A stretch of DNA of 64,000 bases, from contig NC_092680.1 of the NCBI RefSeq assembly GCF_964355755.1, forward strand, positions 7,378,001 to 7,442,000. Reading direction: 5' to 3'. The position numbers were made by a program, and so were the translations under genes. Shown one piece after another: positions 13,080-27,492 of this stretch (position 1 is its first letter; each line of letters begins with the position of its first letter). The notes under the pieces were generated by a model. The model did no database searches, was not told the DNA's origin, and saw only the letters and a list, made by a program, of their open reading frames with translations. Source of the stretch: Antedon mediterranea. Lineage: Eukaryota; Animalia; Echinodermata.

Positions 13080-16000
13080 GAAATCAAAAAATTTCGCTAT
13101 TTTTTGGAAAATTATACTATTATGGTACACAGATTTTTTCAAAGAAGGCTGAAGTCGAGTTGAGTTACTGACCGACAGTGTGAGCTATAGAGTCGCGTTT
13201 GGACGCGACTAAAAATGGCCAAATTTCAACCTTCCTATTTTTCGAAATAACTGGTTACTATATCATAATTGACATGTGCAGAACACATTATTTCATTCTC
13301 TGCATGTACATTATGATATAGTAACCAGTTAGGTCAAGAAAAGAGTCAAAATTTTGCTCTTTTCCGAAAATTTCCCTGTACAAGGACTTTTTTTTCTTAT
13401 TCTTATTCTTTTATTGCCAAATATAAAATACATGAAGAACACGATATACAAAAAAAACAATAGAACCAACTGAGTGAGCTGGCAGGGGACACAAAAGCGA
13501 ACCTAATCACTGTGACTTAAAACCTGTGTTCCCCACTCACCCAATGGCCAATTTTCAACCTTTCTATTTTTCGACATAACTAGTTTCCATATCATAATTG
13601 ACATACGCAGAACACATTATTTGATTCTGCGCATGTCAATTATGATATAGTAACCAGTTATGTCCAAAAATTAAAGGGGTCAAAATTTTGCTATTTTTGG
13701 AAAATTTTCTTGTACATGGATTTTTTCAAAACCAAATTTCAACCTTTTTATTTTTCGACATAACTAGTTTCCATATCATAATTGACATGCGCAGAACACA
13801 TTATTTGATTCTGCGCATGTCAATTATGATATAGTAACCAGTTATGTCCAAAAATTATAGGGGTCAAAATGTCGTTATTTTTTAAAAATTTCCCTGTACT
13901 ATAGTACATGGATTTTTTCAAAACCAAATTTCAACCTATTTATTTTTCGACATAACTAGTTTCCATATCATAATTGACATGCGCAGAACACATTATTTGA
14001 TTCTGCGCATGTCAATTATGATATAGTAACCAATTATGATATAGTAACCAGTTATGTCCAAAAATTATAGGGGTCAAAATTTCGTTATTTTTTGAAAATT
14101 TCCCTGTACTATAGTACATGGATTTTTTCAAAACCAAATTTCAACCTTTTTATTTTTGGACATAACTAGTTTCCATATCTTAATTGACATGCGCAGAACA
14201 CATTATTTGATTCTGCGCATGTCAATTATTATATAGTAACCAGTTATGTCCAAAAATTATAGAGGGGTCAAAATTTCGCTATTTTTGGAAAATTTCTCTG
14301 TACAATAGTATAGTAGACTACATGGATTTTTTCAAAACCAAATTTCAACCTTTTTATTTTTCCACATAACTAGTTTCCATATCATAATTGACATGCGCAG
14401 AACACATTATTTGATCTGCGCATGTCAATTATGATATAGTAACCAGTTATGTCAAAAAATTATAGGGGTCAAAATTTCGCAATTTTTTTGAAAATTTTCC
14501 TGTAGGCCTACTATAGTACATGGATTTTTTCAAAATCAAATTTCAACCTTTTTATTTTTCGACATAACTAGTTTCCATATCATAATTGACATGCGCAGAA
14601 CACATTATTTGATTCTGCGCATGTCAATTATGATATAGTAACCAGTTATGTCCAAAAATTAAAGGGGTCAAGATTTCGCTATTTTTTAAAAATTTCCCTG
14701 TACTATAGTACATGGATTTTTTCAAAACCAAATTTCAACCTTTTTATTTTTCGACATAACTAGTTTCCATATCATAATTGACATGCGCAGAACACATTAT
14801 TTGATTCTGCGCATGTCAATTATGATATAGTAACCAGTTATGTCCAAAAATTATAGGGGTCAAAATTTCGCTATTTTTTGAAAATTTCCTTGTACTATAT
14901 ATAGTACATGGATTTTTTCAAAAGCAAATTTCAACCTTTTTATTTTTCGACATAACTAGTTTCCATATCATAATTGACATGCGCAGAACACATTATTTGA
15001 TTCTGCGCATGTCAATTATGATATAGTAACCAGTTATGTCCAAAAATTATTGGGGACAAAATTTTGGCTATTTTTTTTAAATTTCCTTGATAGTACATGG
15101 ATTTTTTCAAAACCAAATTTCAACCTTTTTATTTTTTGACATAACTAGTTTCCATATCTTAATTGACATGCGCAAGACACATTATTTGATTCTGCGCATG
15201 TCAATTATTATATAGTAACCAGTTATGTCCAAAAATTATAGTGGTTAAAATTTCGCTATTTTTGAAAATTTCCCTGTACTATAGTAGGCCTACATGGATT
15301 TTTTCAAAACCAACTTTCAACCTTTTTATTTTTCGACATAACTAGTTTCCATATCATAATTGACATGCGCAGAACACATTATTTGATTCTGCGCATGTCA
15401 ATTATGATATAGTAACCAGTTATGTCCAAAAATTATAGGGGTCAAAATTTCGCTATTTTTTTGAAAATTTTCCTGTAGGCCTACTATAGTACATGGATTT
15501 TTTCAAAATCAAATTTCAACCTTTTTATTTTTCGACATAACTAGTTTCCATATCATAATTGACATGCGCAGAACACATTATTTGATTCTGCGCATGTCAA
15601 TTATGGTATAGTATAACCAGTTATGTCCAAAAATTATAGGGGTCAAAATTTCACTATTTTTTGAAAATTTCCCTGTACTATAGTACATGGATTTTTTCAA
15701 AACAAAATTTCAACCTTTTTGTTTTTCGACATAACTAGTTTCCATATCATAATTGACATGCGCAGAACACATTATTTGATTCTGCGCATGTCAATTATGA
15801 TATAGTAACCAGTTATGTCCAAAAATTAAAGGGGTCAAAATTTCGCTATTTTTTGAAAATTTCCCTGTACTATAGTACATGGATTTTTTCAAAACCAAAT
15901 TTCAACCTTTTTATTTTTCGACATAACTAGTTTCCATATCATAATTGACATGCGAGAAAACATTATTTGATTTTGCGCATGTCAATTATGATATAGTAAC

Positions 16001-19000
16001 TAGTTATGTCCAAAAATTATAGGGGTCAAAATTTCGCTATTTTTTGAAAATTTCCCTGTACTATAGTACATGGATTTTTTCAAAACCAAATTTCAACCTT
16101 TTTATTTTTCGACATAACTAGTTTCCATATCATAATTGACATGCGCAGAACACATTATTTGATTCTGCGCATGTCAATTATGATATAGTAACTAGTTATG
16201 TCCAAAAATTATAGGGGTCAAAATTTCGCTATTTTTTGAAAATTTTCCTCTAGGCCTACTATAGTACATGGATTTTTTCAAAATCAAATTTCAACCTTTT
16301 TATTTTTCGACATAACTAGTTTCTATATCATAATTCACATGCGCAGAACACATTATTTGATTCTGAGCATGTAAATTATGATATAGTAACCGTTATGTCC
16401 AAAAATTATAGTGGTCAAAATTTCGTTATTTTTTGAAAATTTCCCTGTACTATAGTACATGGATTTGTTCAAAACCAAATTTCAACCTTTTTATTTTTCG
16501 ACATAACTAGTTTCCATATCATAATTGACATGCGCAGAACACATTTTTTTTCTGCGCATGTCAATTATGATATAGTAACCAGTTATGTCCAAAAATTATA
16601 GGGGTCAAAATTTCGCTATTTTTTGAAAATTTCCCTTAACCATAGTACATGGATTTTTTCAAAACCAAATTTCAACCTTTTTATTTTTCGACATAACTAG
16701 TTTCCATATCATAATTGACATGCGCAGAACACATTATTTGATTCTGCGCATGTCAATTATGATATAGTAACCAGTTATGTCCAAAAATTATAGGGGTCAA
16801 AATTTCGCTATTTTTTGAGAATTTCCTTGTACTATAGTACATGGATTTTTTCAAAACCAAATTTCAACCTTTTTATTTTTCGACATAACTAGTTTCCATA
16901 TCATAATTGACATGCGCATAACACATTATTTGATTCTGCGCATGTCAATTATGATATAGTAACCAGTTATGTCCAAAAATTATAGGGGACAAAATTTCGC
17001 TATTTTTTGAAAATTTCCCTGATAGTACATGGATTTTTTCAAAACCAAATTTCAACCTTTTTACCCTGTACTATAGTACATGGGTTTTTTCAAAACCAAA
17101 TTTCAACCTTTTTATTTTTCGACATAACTAGTTTCCATATCATAATTGACATGCGCAGAACACATTATTTGATTCTGCGCATGTCAATTATGATATAGTA
17201 ACTAGTTATGTCCAAAAATTATAGGGGTCAAAATTTCGCTATTTTTTGAAAATTTCCCTGTACTATAGTAGGCCTACATGGATTTTTTCAAAGCCAAATT
17301 TCAACCTTTTTATTTTTCGACATAACTAGTTTCCATATCTTAATTGACATGCGCAAGACACATTATTTGATTCTGCGCATGTCAATTATGATATAGTAAC
17401 CAGTTATGTCCAAAAATTATAGGGGTCAAAATTTCATTATTTTTTAAAAATTTCCCCGTAGGCCTACATGGATTTTTTCAAAACCAAATTTCAACCTTTT
17501 AATTGTTCGACATAACTAGTTTCCATATCATAATTGACATGCGTAGAACACATTATTTGATTCTGCGCTTGTCAATTATTATATAGTAACCAGTTATGTC
17601 CAAAAATTATAGTCGTTAAAATTTCGCTATTTTTGAAAATTTCCCTGTACTATAGTACATGGATTTTTTCAAAACCAAATTTCAACCTTTTTATTTTTCG
17701 ACATAACTAGTTTCCATATCATAATTGACATGCGCAGAACACATTATTTGATTCTGCGCATGTCAATTATGATATAGTAACCAGTTATGTCCAAAAATTA
17801 TAGGGGTCAAAATTTCGCTATTTTTTGAAAATTTCCCTGTACTTTAGTACATAGATTTTTTCAAAACCAAATTTCAACCTTTTTATTTTTCGACATAACT
17901 AGTTTCTATATCATAATTGACATGCGCAGAACACATTATTTGATTCTGAGCATGTAAATTATGATATAGTAACCGTTATGTCCAAAAATTATAGTGGTCA
18001 AAATTTCGTTATTTTTTGAAAATTTCCCTGTACTATAGTACATGGATTTTTTCAAAACCAAATTTCAACCTTTTTATTTTTCGACATAACTAGTTTCCAT
18101 ATCATAATTGACATGCGCAGAACACATTTTTTTTCTGCGTATGTCAATTATGATATAGTAACCAGTTATGTCCAAAAATTATAGGGGTCAAAATTTTGCT
18201 ATTTTTTGAAAATTTCCCTTAACCATAGTACATGGATTTTTTCAAAACCAAATTTCAACCTTTTTATTTTTCGACATAACTAGTTTCCATATCATAATTG
18301 ACATGCGCAGAACACATTATTTGATTCTGCGCATGTCAATTATGATATAGTAACCAGTTATGTCCAAAAATTATAGGGGTCAAAATTTCGCTATTTTTTG
18401 AGAATTTCCTTGTACTATAGTACATGGATTTTTTCAAAACCAAATTTCAACCTTTTTATTTTTCGACATAACTAGTTTCCATATCATAATTGACATGCGC
18501 ATAACACATTATTTGATTCTGCGCATGTCAATTATGATATAGTAACCAGTTATGTCCAAAAATTATAGGGGACAAAATTTCGCTATTTTTTGAAAATTTC
18601 CCTGATAGTACATGGATTTTTTCAAAACCAAATTTCAACCTTTTTACCCTGTACTATAGTACATGGGTTTTTTCAAAACCAAATTTCAACCTTTTTATTT
18701 TTCGACATAACTAGTTTCCATATCATAATTGACATGCGCAGAACACATTATTTGATTCTGCGCATGTCAATTATGATATAGTAACTAATTATGTCCAAAA
18801 ATTATAGGGGTCAAAATTTCGCTATTTTTTTAAAATTTCCCTGTACTATAGTAGGCCTACATGGATTTTTTCAAAGCCAAATTTCAACCTTTTTATTTTT
18901 CGACATAACTAGTTTCCATATCTTAATTGACATGCGCAAGACACATTATTTGATTCTGCGCATGTCAATTATGATATAGTAACCAGTTATGTCCAAAAAT

Positions 19001-22000
19001 TATAGGGGTCAAAATTTCGTTATTTTTTAAAAATTTCCCTGTAGGCCTACATGGATTTTTTCAAAACCAAATTTCAACCTTTTAATTGTTCGACATAACT
19101 AGTTTCCATATCATAATTGACATGCGTAGAACACATTATTTGATTCTGCGCTTGTCAATTATGATATAGTAACCAGTTATGTCCAAAAATTATAGGGGTC
19201 AAAATTTCGCTATTTTTTGAAAATTTCCCTGTACTTTAGTACATAGATTTTTTCAAAACCAAATTTCAACCTTTTTATTTTTCGACATAACTAGTTTCCA
19301 TATCTTAATTGACATGCCCAGAACACATTATTTGATTCTGCACATGTCAATTATGATATAGTAACCAGTTATGTCCAAAAATTATAGGGGTCAAAATTTC
19401 GCTATTTTTTGAAAATTTCCCTGTACTATAGTACATGGATTCTTTCAAAACCAAATTTCAACCTTTTTATTTTTCGACATAACTAGTTTCCATATCATAA
19501 TTGACATGCGCAGAACACATTATTTGATTCTGCGCATGTCAATTATGATATAGTAACTAGTTATGTCCAAAAATTATAGGGGTCAAAATTTCGCTATTTT
19601 TTGAAAATTTCCCTGTACTATAGTAGGCCTACATGGATTTTTTCAAAACCAAATTTCAACCTTTTTATTTTTCGACATAACTAGTTTCCATATCTTAATT
19701 GACATGCGCAAGACACATTATTTGATTCTGCGCATGTCAATTATGATATAGTAACCAGTTATGTCCAAAAATTATAGGGGTCAAAATTTCGTTATTTTTA
19801 AAAAATTTCCCTGTAGGCCTACATGGATTTTTTCAAAACCAAATTTCAACCTTTTAATTGTTCGACATAACTAGTTTCCATATCATAATTGACATGCGTA
19901 GAACACATTATTTGATTCTGCGCTCGTCAATTATTATATAGTAACCAGTTATGTCCAAAAATTATAGGGGTTAAAATTTCGCTATTTTTAAAAATTTCCC
20001 TGTACTATAGTACATGGATTTTTTCAAAACCAAATTTCAACCTTTTTATTTTTCGACATAACTAGTTTCCATATCATAATTGACATGCGCAGAACACATT
20101 ATTTGATTCTGCGCATGTCAATTATGATATAGTAACCAGTTATGTCCAAAAATTATAGGGGTCAAAATTTCGCTATTTTTTGAAAATTTCTCTGTACTTT
20201 AGTACATAGATTTTTTCAAAACTAAATTTCAACCTTTTTATTTTTTGATATAACTAGTTTCCATATCTTAATTGACATGCGCAGAACACATTATTTGATT
20301 CTGCACATGTCAATTATGATATAGTAACCAGTTATGTCAAAAAATTATAGGGGTCAAAATTTCGCTATTTTTTCAAAATTTCCCTGTACTATAGTACATG
20401 GATTCTTTCAAAACCAAATTTCAACCTTTTTATTTTTCGACATAACTAGTTTCCATATCATAATTGACATACGCAGAACACATTATTTGATTCTGCGCAT
20501 GTCAATTATGATATAGTAACTAGTTATGTCCAAAAATTATAGGGGTCAAAATTTCGCTATTTTTTAAAAATTTCCCTGTACTATAGTACATGGATTCTTT
20601 CAAAACCAAATTTCAACCTTTTTATTTTTCGACATAACTAGTTTCCATATCATAATTGACATACGCAGAACACATTATTTGATTCTGCGCATGTCAATTA
20701 TGATATAGTAACTAGTTATGTCCAAAAATTATAGGGGACAAAATTTCGCTATTTTTTGAAAATTTCCCTGATAGTAGGCCTACATGGATTTTTTCAAAAC
20801 CAAATTTCAACCTTTTTACCCTGTACTATAGTACATGGGTTTTTTCAAAACCAAATTTCAACCTTTTTATTTTTCGACATAACTAGTTTCCATATCATAA
20901 TTGACATGCGCAGAACACATTATTTGATTCTGCGCATGTCAATTATGATATAGTAACTAATTATGTCCAAAAATTATAGGGGTCAAAATTTCGCTATTTT
21001 TTTAAAATTTCCCTGTACTATAGTAGGCCTACATGGATTTTTTCAAAGCCAAATTTCAACCTTTTTATTTTTCGACATAACTAGTTTCCATATCTTAATT
21101 GACATGCGCAAGACACATTATTTGATTCTGCGCATGTCAATTATGATATAGTAACCAGTTATGTCCAAAAATTATAGGGGTCAAAATTTCGTTATTTTTT
21201 AAAAATTTCCCTGTAGGCCTACATGGATTTTTTCAAAACCAAATTTCAACCTTTTAATTGTTCGACATAACTAGTTTCCATATCATAATTGACATGCGTA
21301 GAACACATTATTTGATTCTGCGCTTGTCAATTATGATATAGTAACCAGTTATGTCCAAAAATTATAGGGGTCAAAATTTCGCTATTTTTTGAAAATTTCC
21401 CTGTACTTTAGTACATAGATTTTTTCAAAACCAAATTTCAACCTTTTTATTTTTCGACATAACTAGTTTCCATATCTTAATTGACATGCCCAGAACACAT
21501 TATTTGATTCTGCACATGTCAATTATGATATAGTAACCAGTTATGTCCAAAAATTATAGGGGTCAAAATTTCGCTATTTTTTGAAAATTTCCCTGTACTA
21601 TAGTACATGGATTCTTTCAAAACCAAATTTCAACCTTTTTATTTTTCGACATAACTAGTTTCCATATCATAATTGACATGCGCAGAACACATTATTTGAT
21701 TCTGCGCATGTCAATTATGATATAGTAACTAGTTATGTCCAAAAATTATAGGGGTCAAAATTTCGCTATTTTTTGAAAATTTCCCTGTACTATAGTAGGC
21801 CTACATGGATTTTTTCAAAACCAAATTTCAACCTTTTTATTTTTCGACATAACTAGTTTCCATATCTTAATTGACATGCGCAAGACACATTATTTGATTC
21901 TGCGCATGTCAATTATGATATAGTAACCAGTTATGTCCAAAAATTATAGGGGTCAAAATTTCGTTATTTAAAAAAAATTTCCCTGTAGGCCTACATGGAT

Positions 22001-25000
22001 TTTTTCAAAACCAAATTTCAACCTTTTAATTGTTCGACATAACTAGTTTCCATATCATAATTGACATGCGCATAACACATTATTTGATTCTGCGCATGTC
22101 AATTATGATATAGTAACCAGTTATGTCCAAAAATTATAGGGGACAAAATTTCGCTATTTTTTGAAAATTTCCCTGATAGTACATGGATTTTTTCAAAACC
22201 AAATTTCAACCTTTTTACCCTGTACTATAGTACATGGGTTTTTTCAAAACCAAATTTCAACCTTTTTATTTTTCGACATAACTAGTTTCCATATCATAAT
22301 TGACATGCGCAGAACACATTATTTGATTCTGCGCATGTCAATTATGATATAGTAACTAGTTATGTCCAAAAATTATAGGGGTCAAAATTTCGCTATTTTT
22401 TGAAAATTTCCCTGTACTATAGTAGGCCTACATGGATTTTTTCAAAGCCAAATTTCAACCTTTTTATTTTTCGACATAACTAGTTTCCATATCTTAATTG
22501 ACATGCGCAAGACACATTATTTGATTCTGCGCATGTCAATTATGATATAGTAACCAGTTATGTCCAAAAATTATAGGGGTCAAAATTTCATTATTTTTTA
22601 AAAATTTCCCCGTAGGCCTACATGGATTTTTTCAAAACCAAATTTCAACCTTTTAATTGTTCGACATAACTAGTTTCCATATCATAATTGACATGCGTAG
22701 AACACATTATTTGATTCTGCGCTTGTCAATTATTATATAGTAACCAGTTATGTCCAAAAATTATAGTCGTTAAAATTTCGCTATTTTTGAAAATTTCCCT
22801 GTACTATAGTACATGGATTTTTTCAAAACCAAATTTCAACCTTTTTATTTTTCGACATAACTAGTTTCCATATCATAATTGACATGCGCAGAACACATTA
22901 TTTGATTCTGCGCATGTCAATTATGATATAGTAACCAGTTATGTCCAAAAATTATAGGGGTCAAAATTTCGCTATTTTTTGAAAATTTCCCTGTACTTTA
23001 GTACATAGATTTTTTCAAAACCAAATTTCAACCTTTTTATTTTTCGACATAACTAGTTTCTATATCATAATTGACATGCGCAGAACACATTATTTGATTC
23101 TGAGCATGTAAATTATGATATAGTAACCGTTATGTCCAAAAATTATAGTGGTCAAAATTTCGTTATTTTTTGAAAATTTCCCTGTACTATAGTACATGGA
23201 TTTTTTCAAAACCAAATTTCAACCTTTTTATTTTTCGACATAACTAGTTTCCATATCATAATTGACATGCGCAGAACACATTTTTTTTCTGCGTATGTCA
23301 ATTATGATATAGTAACCAGTTATGTCCAAAAATTATAGGGGTCAAAATTTTGCTATTTTTTGAAAATTTCCCTTAACCATAGTACATGGATTTTTTCAAA
23401 ACCAAATTTCAACCTTTTTATTTTTCGACATAACTAGTTTCCATATCATAATTGACATGCGCAGAACACATTATTTGATTCTGCGCATGTCAATTATGAT
23501 ATAGTAACCAGTTATGTCCAAAAATTATAGGGGTCAAAATTTCGCTATTTTTTGAGAATTTCCTTGTACTATAGTACATGGATTTTTTCAAAACCAAATT
23601 TCAACCTTTTTATTTTTCGACATAACTAGTTTCCATATCATAATTGACATGCGCATAACACATTATTTGATTCTGCGCATGTCAATTATGATATAGTAAC
23701 CAGTTATGTCCAAAAATTATAGGGGACAAAATTTCGCTATTTTTTGAAAATTTCCCTGATAGTACATGGATTTTTTCAAAACCAAATTTCAACCTTTTTA
23801 CCCTGTACTATAGTACATGGGTTTTTTCAAAACCAAATTTCAACCTTTTTATTTTTCGACATAACTAGTTTCCATATCATAATTGACATGCGCAGAACAC
23901 ATTATTTGATTCTGCGCATGTCAATTATGATATAGTAACTAATTATGTCCAAAAATTATAGGGGTCAAAATTTCGCTATTTTTTTAAAATTTCCCTGTAC
24001 TATAGTAGGCCTACATGGATTTTTTCAAAGCCAAATTTCAACCTTTTTATTTTTCGACATAACTAGTTTCCATATCTTAATTGACATGCGCAAGACACAT
24101 TATTTGATTCTGCGCATGTCAATTATGATATAGTAACCAGTTATGTCCAAAAATTATAGGGGTCAAAATTTCGTTATTTTTTAAAAATTTCCCTGTAGGC
24201 CTACATGGATTTTTTCAAAACCAAATTTCAACCTTTTAATTGTTCGACATAACTAGTTTCCATATCATAATTGACATGCGTAGAACACATTATTTGATTC
24301 TGCGCTTGTCAATTATGATATAGTAACCAGTTATGTCCAAAAATTATAGGGGTCAAAATTTCGCTATTTTTTGAAAATTTCCCTGTACTTTAGTACATAG
24401 ATTTTTTCAAAACCAAATTTCAACCTTTTTATTTTTCGACATAACTAGTTTCCATATCTTAATTGACATGCCCAGAACACATTATTTGATTCTGCACATG
24501 TCAATTATGATATAGTAACCAGTTATGTCCAAAAATTATAGGGGTCAAAATTTCGCTATTTTTTGAAAATTTCCCTGTACTATAGTACATGGATTCTTTC
24601 AAAACCAAATTTCAACCTTTTTATTTTTCGACATAACTAGTTTCCATATCATAATTGACATGCGCAGAACACATTATTTGATTCTGCGCATGTCAATTAT
24701 GATATAGTAACTAGTTATGTCCAAAAATTATAGGGGTCAAAATTTCGCTATTTTTTGAAAATTTCCCTGTACTATAGTAGGCCTACATGGATTTTTTCAA
24801 AACCAAATTTCAACCTTTTTATTTTTCGACATAACTAGTTTCCATATCTTAATTGACATGCGCAAGACACATTATTTGATTCTGCGCATGTCAATTATGA
24901 TATAGTAACCAGTTATGTCCAAAAATTATAGGGGTCAAAATTTCGTTATTTTTAAAAAATTTCCCTGTAGGCCTACATGGATTTTTTCAAAACCAAATTT

Positions 25001-25939
25001 CAACCTTTTAATTGTTCGACATAACTAGTTTCCATATCATAATTGACATGCGTAGAACACATTATTTGATTCTGCGCTCGTCAATTATTATATAGTAACC
25101 AGTTATGTCCAAAAATTATAGGGGTTAAAATTTCGCTATTTTTAAAAATTTCCCTGTACTATAGTACATGGATTTTTTCAAAACCAAATTTCAACCTTTT
25201 TATTTTTCGACATAACTAGTTTCCATATCATAATTGACATGCGCAGAACACATTATTTGATTCTGCGCATGTCAATTATGATATAGTAACCAGTTATGTC
25301 CAAAAATTATAGGGGTCAAAATTTCGCTATTTTTTGAAAATTTCTCTGTACTTTAGTACATAGATTTTTTCAAAACTAAATTTCAACCTTTTTATTTTTT
25401 GATATAACTAGTTTCCATATCTTAATTGACATGCGCAGAACACATTATTTGATTCTGCACATGTCAATTATGATATAGTAACCAGTTATGTCAAAAAATT
25501 ATAGGGGTCAAAATTTCGCTATTTTTTCAAAATTTCCCTGTACTATAGTACATGGATTCTTTCAAAACCAAATTTCAACCTTTTTATTTTTCGACATAAC
25601 TAGTTTCCATATCATAATTGACATACGCAGAACACATTATTTGATTCTGCGCATGTCAATTATGATATAGTAACTAGTTATGTCCAAAAATTATAGGGGT
25701 CAAAATTTCGCTATTTTTTAAAAATTTCCCTGTACTATAGTACATGGATTCTTTCAAAACCAAATTTCAACCTTTTTATTTTTCGACATAACTAGTTTCC
25801 ATATCATAATTGACATACGCAGAACACATTATTTGATTCTGCGCATGTCAATTATGATATAGTAACTAGTTATGTCCAAAAATTATAGGGGTCAAAATTT
25901 CGCTATTTTTTAAAAATTTCCCTGTACTATAGTACATGG
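13080..25939. repeat. Satellite array, ~191-bp palindromic monomer, about 65 copies, with higher-order duplications
   Basis: Monomer period 191-192 (e.g. TTCAACC at 15901 and 16092); internal stem ATATCATAATTGACATGCGCAGAA / TTCTGCGCATGTCAATTATGATAT; ORF-track offsets of 1583 and 5154 bp. Confidence 0.97.
13147..13215 (-). mobile_element. Possible Helentron-associated (HINE/DINE-like) element terminus
   Basis: Minus strand reads TTTTTAGTCGCGTCCAAACGCGACTCTATAG...TGTCGGTCAGT: T-run, hairpin (13191-13210), GTCN-type microsatellite start. Confidence 0.45.
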
Positions 25940-27378
25940 TCCTACAACATCATATGTTAGCATATTTTAAATAAAGTACAGATACCAATATGTTTCATGA
26001 TTTTTTTTTACCATAAAAAATTATGGGCAGGCAAACAGAAGCATTTCACAGTACATTAAGAAATCAATAGAAGAATGCAATATGTATAATAAAATTAGAA
26101 ACTACAGATAAAAGAAAAGAAAATGCAAATATATAATTACCTCTTTCTATATAAATAATATGTCATCTAAAATTTGTTAATTAAATTACGGTTCAGAAAT
26201 GTCAAAGAAATAAAACTTGGCACCAAAACAATCAATGATCAAATGTGTACAGACAGTGTAAACATAATTTAAAGTGAAACTAAATCTAACGATGGAAGAC
26301 CTTATATCTGCATAGATTTTTGGACAATGAACAATGTGTAATACAATATGATCAAATCAAATTAATAAATATTTTAGATATATTGGGAATTTTAATTACA
26401 ATAAAAACTAATCTATGCCAAATAGAGAACATATTCTAATAAGTTTTTGATGATGATCTTCCACAAAATAAGAATTAACAAATGATGGGTTACATAAAAA
26501 TAATTGGGCTTTTAGTTAGCACTCAACAAACAAGCTTGTTCAGTTAAAGTTAATTAACATTTACTACAGTATTTTAATGAAAGAAGTATCCCAACAGATT
26601 TTCTGTTTAGCACAAAGTTTCCAAATTGATAAATATCACATTTGTCGCAATTTATAACAATTGGGGCAGTCGAGATGAGTCGCATCTTACCACAGTGATC
26701 TTACTCAGAAACATTGACCTGTAAAAACTTATTTAATATAATTACCACTATGGTAAAATAAACCATCTTTTTGCTCTATCAAAAAAATAAATATACTTTA
26801 TTTTATGATAATAAAAGTAGTAATTTCATTTGTATATAAACTGAAAACTATAAATTATTTATCTATGTAAAATGTCAAATCTGACTAGCTATTATAATAA
26901 AGCAAAAGTTTCTCATCAAAAACTATTTCACTATCTCACTATATACAATAATAACTAAATCATAAAGAATTATACGAATACAATTTTATTAGTCAATGAA
27001 TGTATATAAATTACACTATAGCAAATAAACATAATTGTAAATCATTGGATGAAATCCTGCATTCTTTCACGACATTCAAACAAGACAGAGTCTCCTTAAT
27101 TTACATATTACAAATAACGTAACGTTCACAATGTATAAATACATATCAAAAGCCATATATTATTCTGCAATAAAACCAGCCTACTTCACCAGAAACATCA
27201 ATCCTTTTTTTCTCTTAAAAAGTATTAAAAAACCACCGCTTGAGAACAGTATATGCTTTGAGCAATGTAATAATATATGTTCTCTTTCTTACAAATATCA
27301 CAATTTATACATAAATATTACATAATGATGTTCACTGGTGACAATATAAAAAGACAAACTTGTCTACTCTAGCGCCCT

Positions 27379-27492
27379 CTATTTGCCATAAAACTTCTTG
27401 TTGAGGAGGAAAATGAGCAAATTAACATTGACCTTTGCCCTACTGAACATTTTCATAACTGCAACTCCATCATATTGTAACTGTAACAAATC
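27379..27492 (-). CDS. IQGAP1: IQGAP terminal exon (DLLQLQYDGV...NKKFYGK*)
   Basis: Canonical IQGAP C-terminus; TAG stop at 27381-27379. Confidence 0.96.
   Translation of the reverse strand, partial: DLLQLQYDGVAVMKMFSRAKVNVNLLIFLLNKKFYGK

Noticed and set aside
17007-25670. Repeated 60-65 aa ORFs suggesting a tandem gene family
   Set aside because: Chance open frames in satellite variants; most monomers are interrupted.
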